From NCBI RefSeq assembly GCF_002571385.2, contig NW_019218306.1, forward strand, positions 75,538 to 135,135: 59,598 nt of DNA. The letters run 5' to 3'. The notes under the pieces were generated by a model. The model was not told where the DNA came from, made no database searches, and saw only the letters and a program-made list of their open reading frames with translations. Source of the DNA: Stylophora pistillata (Eukaryota). The position numbers and the translations under genes were made by a program. Below are positions 22,501 to 33,244 of the stretch, one piece after another (within the stretch, counting starts at the first letter, position 1; each line of letters begins with the position of its first letter).

Positions 22501-23469
22501 TAGATCAGCAAAACTATTTGTGTGAAGATGTAACTGTACATGTAGTTTCCCTGTGGCATAAGAATAAATTTGTAGCTCTACAATTAAGTCAGCTGTCTCC
22601 TTATTGCAACTGTGCACTCGAAAGGACACTCAATAATGCTTTAGATCACCACAGTTCAGTTGCATAACAAGTCAGAACATTCAGTATAAGTACCAATGTG
22701 TGAATGAACTTTTGTTTTTTGATTATATTGTAATTTTGATGGTTACATGTAGATTCAAGAGCTTGAGGTAGACAAGCGAGATCTTGAGAGGCAGGTCAAT
22801 GAACTGAAAGCCAAGTGCGAAGCTATTGAGAAGAGGGAAGCTGAAAGAAGGGCAGTAGAGGAGAACAAGCATGCTGAGGAAATTCAGTTTCTTAAGAGGA
22901 CCAACCAACAACTCAAGGTACATACTTAATCAGCTGAAAGGCAGCTTGTCTCAGAGAAGCTTATTTAAAAAGCACTTTGCTGGCTTCATAAACTGACAAA
23001 AGTGCAGCCACCTAGTTTGACTTCAGGAGGGGTCATCAGAGGTACCCTGCAAGCAGAGTCTTTTTAACCATCTTTGGAGCGTTAAGAAGAAAAGAAGAAG
23101 AAAAGGCTCTGCTCGCAGGGTACATCAGAGAAGGAATACTTCTGAAAAATAAAACCTACCCACCCCCTCCTTCCTAAGAGATGCCAGAATGGCTTCTTCT
23201 TGTCTTAAGAACAAAAAATGGGCATTTTGCTTGTGGAATGTGTTTCTTCTCTGTAGACTAGCTGGAAGCCACAATGTAACACTTAATAAATGATTGTGTA
23301 TAAGCTTATCACTGCTATTATAATAGACAAAGAGGAGGGAGGGGGGTAAATAATGATTATTTTCCTACTAAATTTCTTGCTGAAAATCCAGAATATTAAA
23401 TTATTGAAATAATGGCTGTTCCTATTTCAGACCCAGCTTGAAGGGATCATTGCTCCAACCAAGAAGTAA
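19552..23469 (+). CDS. DNALI1: Axonemal dynein light intermediate polypeptide 1 (p28); first coding exon not visible
   Basis: Exons 19552-19703 (ARSLKV...EILNAILPPR), 20282-20363 (EWTENGQLWVQQVSSTPATRLDVVNLQ), 21188-21275 (EQLDMRLQQRQARETGICPVRRELYSQCF), 21467-21524 (DELIRQVTINCAERGLLLL), 21981-22037 (RVRDEIRMTIAAYQTLYES), 22410-22473 (SVAFGMRKALQAEQGK), 22753-22917, 23431-23469 (TQLEGIIAPTKK*). Confidence 0.96.
19793..20042. mobile_element. Degenerate fold-back copy of the hammerhead-bearing Penelope-like terminal repeat
   Basis: aaagctgaaattccaagcattagccctt ... aagggctaacacttagaaattcagctt ... ggtggccaatttac ... cagtttcttaagaaacttatcccctttac. Confidence 0.65.
20390..20542. mobile_element. 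~150 bp near-perfect hairpin (palindromic MITE end)
   Basis: ttaaacagttattggattctgttttgtgatatccggaata ... tattccggatatcacaaaaaccgaatccaataattgtttaa around a gccgaaggc apex. A diverged relative lies at ~39348-39500. Confidence 0.8.
20825..20976 (+). mobile_element. tRNA-derived SINE 5' fragment, cut by N gap
   Basis: A-box-like tagcccaatggatgg and B-box-like ggtttgagccc, followed by the body accaacactcaaggtcttaaaataattgagaagaa. Confidence 0.5.
21712..21945. mobile_element. Fold-back copy of the hammerhead-bearing Penelope-like terminal repeat
   Basis: ~85 bp arms centred at ~21797 (…aaagctgacgttttgagtgttaccccttcatc|gacgaagggctaacggtcgaaatgtcagcttt…) plus the tail ttacccccactgacgcagccccaaacagtttctttagaaact, shared with 14590-14635. 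Confidence 0.8.
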
Positions 23470-24789
23470 ACTTGTTTGAATGATCTGGGCAGTGTACATT
23501 TTGTAAACATTGGGCAGTTTTTTGAATGGTTATTTTTCCACAGGAAATAAGCAATTCCTTTGGATTAAAACTGAAAAGGAACCTTACTTGATAACAATAT
23601 TCCAACATTTACTCATTACTTAAAAGATAAATTGTCATCTATTCAATTTTTTTTTTAGGTAAAATTGAATGCTTTTACCAATAGACCTCATGTTGCATGC
23701 CGAAGTGTTTTGGCAGCACTACATTTTTGTGGCCACACAATTCACAACTGCATAGTTGACATATTTTGAAAACATTGATGAAGTATTGAAGAGACCCTTG
23801 CAAAAGAAATAAAAGTTGAACTGACTCTTTGCCACATACAAACTTTGTTCCAGTTTTTAATTGATGTTCAACACACACACAACTTGTTTGAACATGTTAA
23901 ATTAATGTAATAAATAATAGTAAATAAATTAAATAGACACTCTTTCTTACTATTATACAATTCAATTTTCTACCTCCAATTTGGTTTTCCACTCATTTTA
24001 ATGACTTTCAAACAATTCTAATTTGCTAATTTGCAAAGAAAATATAAAACTTTACTGTGAAAAAAAAAAAGAAAAAACTTTCAAGTAAAGCCTACCATAT
24101 AGTCTACAATGCTTCTAGCATTTTGTGTCCACTGAAGTTAAACAATTGGAAGATCTTAACATTTTTTGCAGACATTTAAATAATTTATCATAAACATCCA
24201 TGCACAGAAGACACACCAAAAGAGTACTAATTAAGGTCAAATGTGTATGACCATGCCCTTACAATGGGCTGCAACTATACACAGAAAATTCACAATTGCA
24301 GGGCAAAGAAAAGAAAGCTTTATGATAATTTGAGGTCAACCTTTCTAATATAAACCCCAATAATTAATATGTTTCCAAAATTTTACTTACTTTCATGAAA
24401 AATGAATGCATATATTAAACAGATGTTGCATTCACATCATGTGCTTAACATAGAAGCTACAATTTGTCCAACACTTCTCATCTTTCTACACAGTACACAA
24501 TGTGCATTACATTCTATCTATTAATCTGAGCAACTTCCAATCACCACTGAACAAACAGAACAGTTACTGGATGCGATTCTTCAACAGGAATCAAAGCCCT
24601 CAACTTGTACGTTAACTCTTCTAGCTGCACACACTATTGGCCATTCAGCTAACATCAATAGAATGTGTAAATCCTAAGTGGGAAAAGAAATCTCTTTTGA
24701 TGCAAAATGCAACTGCAAATAACTGCAGCAATGTCTTGCATGTGGCAATGATTTCAACTTTGGATCATTGTAATTTCATCCATCTTCAG

Positions 24790-27700
24790 TCAGCATCTGG
24801 GAAAGAGAAAGAGAGAAGAGTTTGATCACTCAGTGAAACATGAATAATAACAAACAATGACTAGTATTTATAATGATCAACGCACTAAACATAATTATTC
24901 CAGTTACTGTATCTTGTAGAGTGTGATACCTACATGAAGGTAGATATGAGAGAGGTATTTTTAGTGGCGGCCAGACTGAAGTCATAATCACCTGACTCTC
25001 TCACCCTTTAATTTCCTTGGGTTGTCAAAATGTTTACCACAACAACTAACAGCATTCCTTTTCGGGGACTGCTACCATCTGGGAAATTTCATGCAACAGT
25101 CAACCATTCAAAGAATTTTGTGCAGGATTTTAAGTCTGTTTGTGGCTGCTAAATCATACAACACAATTGTTCCAGTCAGCTATTGATGGAGAAAGGCTAC
25201 TGTACTTCTAACAGCCCCTATGGGTACTGGAACATTTAACAAATAGATTCCAAGTTGCCTGCACATCTGTCTCTATGATCTGTCTTCCAACAGATCATAA
25301 ATAAGTGCCAATCAAAATGTGTGTGTAATTCAGCTTAGCGATATATTCAAGTTCCATGATCACAAAAAAATAAAAATCCTTGATCAGCCACCTAAAATGT
25401 TTTAAAATTTAAGGAATACCAAGGTCTAGAATCAAACAGCATGTAATAAAAATAACAAACTCACTGTGATATTTTGAGCTTTGCAGGGGGGTCACCCTTA
25501 CAACCAGACACCTTCCATTTGTGGTATTCCTCCAGCTTTTTATTAGATGTATTTTTGTTATTGTTGGATGCTTGTGTGTTATTATTAGTTTGGTGAATAA
25601 ATGAATCAGTTTTGCTTATGGGTTGAGTGCCTGTCTTGTGATGCACTCCAGAGTTGATGTCCACTCTCCTTCTGTCTGCAGGCATAGACTCTGTCCTCTG
25701 AATGGTTGTTGCCCCCCTGTGTGTGTTTTCATTAGAAGGCATATCACTTTCCTTTGAAAACCTCTGAAAAAAGTTTGACTCCCCAGGCAAAGGTGACAAT
25801 TCCTCTCCTGCAACAAAGCATCATACTCGTGCATTTAATTTGTTTTAAATATCAAGCAAAAGAGCCAAATATCTAGAAGTTGGTAAGTTAAAAAAAAAAA
25901 AAAAATCAAGTTCAAGTTTCCCTTTGCTTAACAAAAACCAAAACCTTGAGCTATGCAGGATTTTTTAATCACCTCCTGTTGTGATCGAAAAATTAAAAGA
26001 AAAAAAATTTGGAGTCTATAAGTGCTTGCAATTTGCTGCAGGGTAAAATAAAAGGCCTGAAAAAGGCAAAAAAGAAGACTAGTTATGCTTATCCTGCAGG
26101 CAAAGGTAAAATTTCAGCTTGCTTAGTTAGTAGTGATATGAGTCATATCTGGACCTACCAGTTGATACATTGATAATACTATCAGGGGTGAAGGTCCACA
26201 TGTCGTCTTTGTCACGTTTAGGATCACTACCACCACTGTCTTTCACATCACACACTTCAGAAAATCTGTCCCATTTGTTTCTGTTTAATGATAACCGCAC
26301 TGCATCAGACTCATCAAAACTTTCCCAATCCTGCAGCTGAACATTGCTTGAAGACGACTGCCGTGTCACCCTGTCAAACTTCTCACATGGGTCTATGTTG
26401 TTAATATTGCTGAAGTTTGTCGCTCTCCGTAGACTACCAAGACCATATGATTCTTTATCTGTTAATGTAGGAACATCATAATCTGAAAGGCTAACATGTC
26501 CAGCAACAATTGCACCAAAGTCATCAAAGTAAGAAGTACCACGAGTGGTCAAATCACTCAAGTGTCGCCGAGGTTGCTTCCTGACACGTCGTACAGGCAT
26601 ATCATCCACAAATCCAGATTCAACCAAACCGTAATCCGAGTTCTCTAAAGGATCAGCGTAGCCAGATATGTCTCCGACAGCACCTAGTGACTGAAGGTCT
26701 GATTCTTGTTCTCTAGCTGAAGTGCAGTCAAGCTCCAAGGCAAGATGGTCCCTCTCTGCCTGCAGCGATGCTATTGTGGCATCAGAATCAACTAGCTGCC
26801 ATTCCAAGTTTGAAATGTGTTTGTCCTTCTCCAATAACTTTAATTGTAGTGCATCCACCTGTCAATGAAAACCAAAATGAACAAGAATCACAAATCAGTT
26901 GATCAGTATGATGGTCCATCTGCCTGTCCATCCCCCCCACAATAGTCTTTTAGTCAGTTTGTCTATTAGCCAGACAGTCAGTCAATTAGTCTACAACTTA
27001 AGTCAGTCAATTCTTTTCTGGCTTGGTCAGTCCTGAAGTCAGTCAGTCAGTCAGTCAGTCAGTCAGTCAGTCAGTCAGTCAGTCAGTCAGTCAGTCAGTC
27101 AGTCAGTAAATCACTCTGTTTGGCTATCTATCTGGGAGTCTGTTGGTTAGTTTGTTGCTCAGCCTACCAACTTATCAGCCAGTAAGTTAACCAGTTGTTC
27201 AGTCAGCCAGCTAGTCATTTAGTCACTCAGAAATTCATTCATATTTCATTCATTCCGTCAGTCACTTGTTCAGTCAGCCAGTCAGTCACTCAACTGAGTT
27301 GATAATATAATTGGCCCCCATAAGGATCTCTCAAGCTGACATACAGAGCATTAGCCCTTCATCAGAGCAATCAAGTCCACCACTCATCGCAGTCAGTCAG
27401 TCACTCAACTGAGTTGATAATATAATTGGCCCCCATAAGGAGTCTCTGAAGCTGACATACAGAGCATTAGCCTTCGTCATAGCAACCAAGTCCACCACTC
27501 ATCGCAATCAGTCAGTCACTCAACTGAGTTGATAATATAATTGGCCCCCATAAGGAGTCTCTGAAGCTGACATACAGAGCATTAGCCCTTTGTCATAGCA
27601 ACCAAGTCCACCACTCATCGCAGTCAGTCAGTCAGTCACTCAACTTGAGTTGACAATATAATTGGCCCCCAAAGAAGTCCCTGAAGCTGACATACAGAGC

Positions 27701-29075
27701 ATTAGCCCTTCATCAGAGCAACCAAGTCCACCACTCGTCGCAGTCAGTCACTCAACTGAGTTGATAATATAATTGGCCCCCATAAGGAGTCTCTGAAGCT
27801 GACATACAGAGCATTAGCCCTTCGTCATAGCAACCAAGTCCACCACTCATCGCAATCAGTCAGTCACTCAACTGAGTTGATAATATAATTGGCCCCCAAA
27901 GGAGTCCCTGAAGCTGACATACAGAGCATTGGCCCTTCATCAGAGCAACCAAGTCCACCACTCATCGCAATCAGTCAGTCACTCAACTGAGTTGATAATA
28001 TAATTGGCCCCCAAAGGAGTCCCTGAAGCTGACATACAGAGCATTGGCCCTTCATCAGAGCAACCAAGTCCACCACTCATCGCAATCAGTCAGTCACTCA
28101 ACTGAGTTGATAATATAATTGGCCCCCAAAGGAGTCTCTGAAGCTGACATACAGAGCATTGGCCCTTCATCAGAGCAACCAAGTCCACCACTCATCGCAA
28201 CAGTCAGTGACTCAAGAGTTGATAAATATGTAAATTAGTTATCATGAAGCTGAAGTAACTAGCATTAGCCCTTCATCATAGCAACTAAGTCAGCCATTTA
28301 TCCTCTCGGTCAGCCTGTTGGTCAGAGCAACTGAATCAGTCATTCATCTTGTTGGTCAGTCAGTTGGTCATTTCATCAGTGACTCAGTTATAATGCTTAT
28401 TAATGTCTCAATTTGATGATTGTTTTGTCTTCATGATGAATGTAACATACCTTGGCATCTGCTTCCAACTTTTTTTGATACACTTGATCAGAATCAAAAA
28501 TTTCCTTTAATAAGCCTGACGAATGACTCAAATCTGCGACAGATAAATATAAAAAAGTGAAATAAAAATCCTCTGAATGCCATAAAATCAAACAAAACAC
28601 TCAAGTTGATTCTTTCAAGAATGTTTTGACTCTAGCTTCCCATTCGACGGTTCTAATGAGTGAGATTACTATAACTTCTAATTTAGCACTGCTTAAAATT
28701 TCATGATATGCAATGCTACTCATGAAATAATGTGATGATAAATCTGATATTCATTGATGAAGAAAAAAAAACATTTTTTTTACCTTTGTCAGTTGCATTC
28801 TGGGATGACAACAATTGTATATTTAATTTCCTTAGCTTGCTAATGTCTTCTTGCAGTTTTTCTTTGAAAAGTTGATTTTCTTTCTCTTTCTCAATTAACA
28901 ACTGATCAACTGCGGCTTTGTCTGAGACTAGCTTTTCACAGTGCAACTGAAGTTGCTCAATTTGTGCCCGAAGACTGTCATAGGAGTCAAGAATCTCTTC
29001 TAATGCTTCTTCACCAAATAAGTCCAGCTCACGCGGAGTATCACGTTGTGACAACTCTTGAGCAGATGAATCCAT
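24790..29075 (-). CDS. Uncharacterised protein (~474 aa): N-terminal coiled coil and long disordered S/D-rich region
   Basis: Exons 28784-29075, 28451-28533, 26159-26858, 25465-25807 join in frame with GT-AG. A probable 7-nt terminal coding segment at 24790-24796 gives ...KLKISQC*. An in-frame stop upstream of ATG 29075 fixes the start. Candidate 5' UTR donors lie near 30336 and 30616. Confidence 0.8.
27037..27106. repeat. (CAGT)n microsatellite with degenerate flanks
   Basis: About 17 perfect agtc units. Similar degenerate tracts occur at 26950-27290, 28290-28390 and 55700-55960. Confidence 0.95.
27281..28295. repeat. Tandem array, ~115 bp unit x 8 plus one degenerate unit, derived from the hammerhead-bearing Penelope-like repeat
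   Basis: Units start at ctcaactgag: 27289, 27404, 27519, 27639, 27751, 27867, 27982, 28097, (28211). Each contains aattggcc...aagctgacatacagagcattagcccttcatcagagc plus a short (CAGT)n linker. Confidence 0.95.
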
Positions 29076-31606
29076 GACTTTGCAGCAGAAAGTTCACACT
29101 TTTGTCAAAGCTGGACTGTTAAGCACATCTAAGAAACAAAAAGATGAATGAATGAAGTCAGTATTTTGTAAACAACCACTGGATCTAAAACAATGCAATG
29201 TAAGTTGTACAAAAAAAAAAAGAAAATTTAAGAAGTTTGTTCAAACGTGTTGGCACAGCCTCAAACACAAAAAGCTGTTGTGTGGACTTCCCACCTTTCC
29301 TTACCTCCTCTCAAGGGAGTAGATATCCAAATTAGTTCCCAGCCCTCTCCTCTTCCCACCAACCCCAGTGGGGTAAGGATGGACAAATAGGTTTATAGCT
29401 ACTGGTATTTTCTGGAAAAACACTGTTTTTACAGTTTATAGGAATAAAAGGGCACTGTTAAAGTTGCCACTTTCAACCTGGTAGATAATTCTACAGTGAA
29501 CTGCTCCAGTTATCTCTTGGCTTTTAAATCTAAAAAAATTCTTACAAATAAATAGATTTGCCATCTTATTTGTGTTCATCAGTCCGTTAGAACAACAAGT
29601 CACAATCACATGAATTGTGTGACTACGAACGGAAGAAAAAAAATAGGAATTCAACATCGATAGTCGTGTCAGACGCCTAAACTTTGGATATAAATACCCG
29701 TTTTGACGCCTAATCCATATCAAGTTTCATGTCGAACAAGTTGGTTTTGAGTGGCCAGAATGAAGTGAACTATGCTTTGATTTTTATCCGTAAATGTAGG
29801 TAACTTATCCAAAAATCCACATTTATTTTATTATGTCAGAAAAGGTAGGGCTGTTGAGAGAGTAGTCCAAGTTTATTTTACAAAACCAGAAACACGGCTC
29901 GAAATAAGTCAGCAAACCTCTGTTTCGCACGATACGAAATTTTGCATAATAAAGAATAGGTTTGGCGCCTCGTATTATAAATGTGGCAGGACGAGAAGGC
30001 AAAAGCATCACGTTCTCATGGCGAAAGTTATCGAAGGCGTGAAAAGCAAAATTTATTGAAGTACGTCAAAATTATAAACATGTCTTCGATTCATAATTCA
30101 ATTATGTTATTCTGAGAATCCATCTGCAAAAACATCACAAATAAATACGGAAACGTCGAAAAAGGGCGCTGTTTCTTCAGATTATATCTCTATGATGCTA
30201 TTTGCAACCTATTAACTTGTTATCACGACCAGCGTGAAGAAATCGAGGCGAATTACTCACAGAAATATATTATATTGAATTTGACAATGCGTTGACAATA
30301 ATATTTACTTTTCGCTACGCTCGAGTGAAATCTTACCTTGAAAAACCAGCACAAATGAGAACACTTCATTCGTATCACCTGCTCTTCTCACGCTGCAAGA
30401 AACGCGGTGCTTTTTAACTTCAGAGCTGTATGAACCTGGAATGTCGATGTCGTTCCGAGTCACATGTTCAAATATACAACACGCTTTCTGGAGAACCGCG
30501 CGTGCGTACGTAGACCTGAAGTGTTTGTGTACAGTTCGATTATTCATTCTTCTCGTGCATTGTTCAAAAGTACAATTCTGTTCGACACTCAAAGACAATC
30601 ACTATCGAAATCTTACCTACATCTGAGCAGAACCTAACAATCGATGAGTTTTAACAACAATTTGTCACAATCCGACCTTAATGAGAGGGTGGGTCTTCAC
30701 TACTGTGCTGCAAGATTTTTCTTCTTTTCATCTCACGACAATTCCTGGCTCGTTAATCGGTCATAATTGCGCCGATACTGGCATCTCCTTGTTTTAAATT
30801 TGTCCATAATTGCATGATCACAGCCAACACTCGAAGGTAAGCAGATAAAAAGATTACGAAGTTTCAAGCATATCTTATCTGCAAGTGCGAAAGTCGAACA
30901 AAAGAAATCAAATAAAGTTTTGGCTGAATGCCCTATTACTTGTTCACTCAGTGGGAACACTCAAAAGAGGCCTGCATGTGCGAACACATCTTTTTGAAAA
31001 TTTATTTCAAAAACTTCCTCGACGTATTTTGAGGTCAGTCTAGGCACAAAAAGGGGAAGAAATAAATACAAGATTTGTCGCATGGGAGGTCCAACCTGCA
31101 ACTTAACCCCCTAAGGTGCGAACAACATCTTATGAATATTTATTTCCTCAAGATAAGCCGGAAACACTACGTTTGTATTGTACAGAAACACATGGGCCCA
31201 CAAGGAGTGCAAATGATCTTTGTGAAAAGAAAATGCGCGTCACAGAGTAAAGCACGAACAGATTAAACGTAAGGAACGACTTACAGTAAATTCGGTTTTT
31301 TAATAGTGAGATCCAATAGCGAAATCATGGTAAACTTGACACGAAAAACCGACACAGGCCCCCTACAGTGCAGGGCGCTACAAGAGGCATGGGCTTTTAA
31401 ATAAAAATTAAAAATTAAAAAAAAAAAAAAAAAATGAAAGAGACATCAACAACGGATTGTCCTTTGGGTTAATTCACTCAAAGACGTCATTTTGATACAA
31501 ACCCGGCAAATATTCTAAAAACACAACATTATTATACAACATTTGGAAAAGACTAGTCTGAACGGAAGAGAAATGGATGTCCACAAACATAACGGCAACA
31601 GACACA

Positions 31607-32788
31607 TCATTGATCTTTCTTGGCAGCTGACTCTTCTTCATCTATTCTCACAACACAATGTCGAGGAAACCAGCCTTTTTCTTTGCTCAGAGCTTCGTCT
31701 GTAATTTCTTTAAATAAAAATGAAATGAACAAACGATGCCTCACTTTCAACTCATTTAGTTTACCATGTTCAAATTCAATTACGAAGAAACTTCGGTTTC
31801 CAGGCCGAATTCTGTCGCCAGTCGAACAAAATAGTGCAACGGCGACAGGGGCTCTGTAAAATTTTTGGACACGCTGTGATTGGCTCAAAACACACTTGCA
31901 ACCAAATGATTCCAAGATCATAAAAGAAAAACAAAACAAAACCAAAAAAACGCATTGGTAATACTCATTTTCCCACATTAGGCTGTTATGTAAATGATGT
32001 GTCTATTTTACTTTACACCCCTTTGGGTGTGGTTAAAGTACATTTAAAATTTTTCTCTCGTGGACTCACCAACAACTGATAACCTATGGGGAGACTTTTC
32101 ACCATACAGCCACCACCTGACAAAAAAAAAAAATGAAAAAAAAATACAGTGTGAAATCACAGAAAACTGAAATAGTTTCAAAGTCCGACGAAGAGTTGTG
32201 ATGAGACGCTACAAAGGAAAACAAGACACGAAAGCAGCAGAGTGCGAAAAACAGAATTGATGCAGATAGGTAAGGAAGGGCAAGACAATAAAACTGAGAA
32301 TGGGACGGTCAGGCACAGAGATATGGGGAACGCGAACAGAAGAACGGAATTAAGAAAGAATACAGTAATGGAGAAATCGAGAGTTAAATTAAGAACAAGA
32401 CACAGTCGAACAAGAAACAAACAAAAAGAAAGACAGGGAGCTATAGTACCAATGGAGTAGGAGGAAAGAAACGAACAAACGTATAGACATACAAAAACAA
32501 ATCAACGACATACTTTCTCCAGCGTGTCACCAAAATAACATCTCCCGTTTCCACTTTAATTCGAGGTTCGTCTGTCCATGGAGTGGATATACATGTTCTT
32601 AAACCTTCTCGCCAGGCAATAACGCTTCCATTATAAGATTTTACTACACTGCAACAAATCTGAAAGAGGTAATATGTGGGTTAGAAATATCATGTAAGAA
32701 CCTTCGACTTGTAGAGGGATAAAAATTTAATTTCCTAATAAATTAATTTCAATCATACATATATCTTATCAGACGTTTTGTTGCGTAT

Positions 32789-32827
<39 letters not shown>

Positions 32828-33208
32828 TCGCCCTACGTGCTCGTTAAAATACAAACAACGAGTAAAAATACTCAGGGACATTACACAACAAAACGTCTAA
32901 TAAGAGATTGATTATTCTGCACGCCAAATTGTTATTTCAGTGCAGATAATAAATGTATTTATCAATAATCCAACTGTGCTTCGTAGAGTACAAATAACGC
33001 ACGAGACGAGTACAAATAACGCACGAGACGAGTACAAGTATCACGCGATATTTGTACTCCAGAAATATCCGCAAAATTCGCCAACACTGAAATAACAATT
33101 TGGCAAGTTGGATAATAAATAACTTATTAGACGTTTTGTTGTGTAGTATACACAGCAAAACAAATACTACATAACATTTTTACTCGTTATTTGTATTTTG
33201 ACTTGCCC

Positions 33209-33244
<36 letters not shown>

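Noticed and set aside
24790-24792. Selenocysteine recoding of the TGA after the terminal Cys
   Set aside because: No SECIS recognised by eye, no redox motif context, and readthrough gives only a short unremarkable peptide.
27281-28295. CRISPR-like array
   Set aside because: Whole units are near-identical with no unique spacers, there are no cas genes, and the context is a eukaryotic intron.
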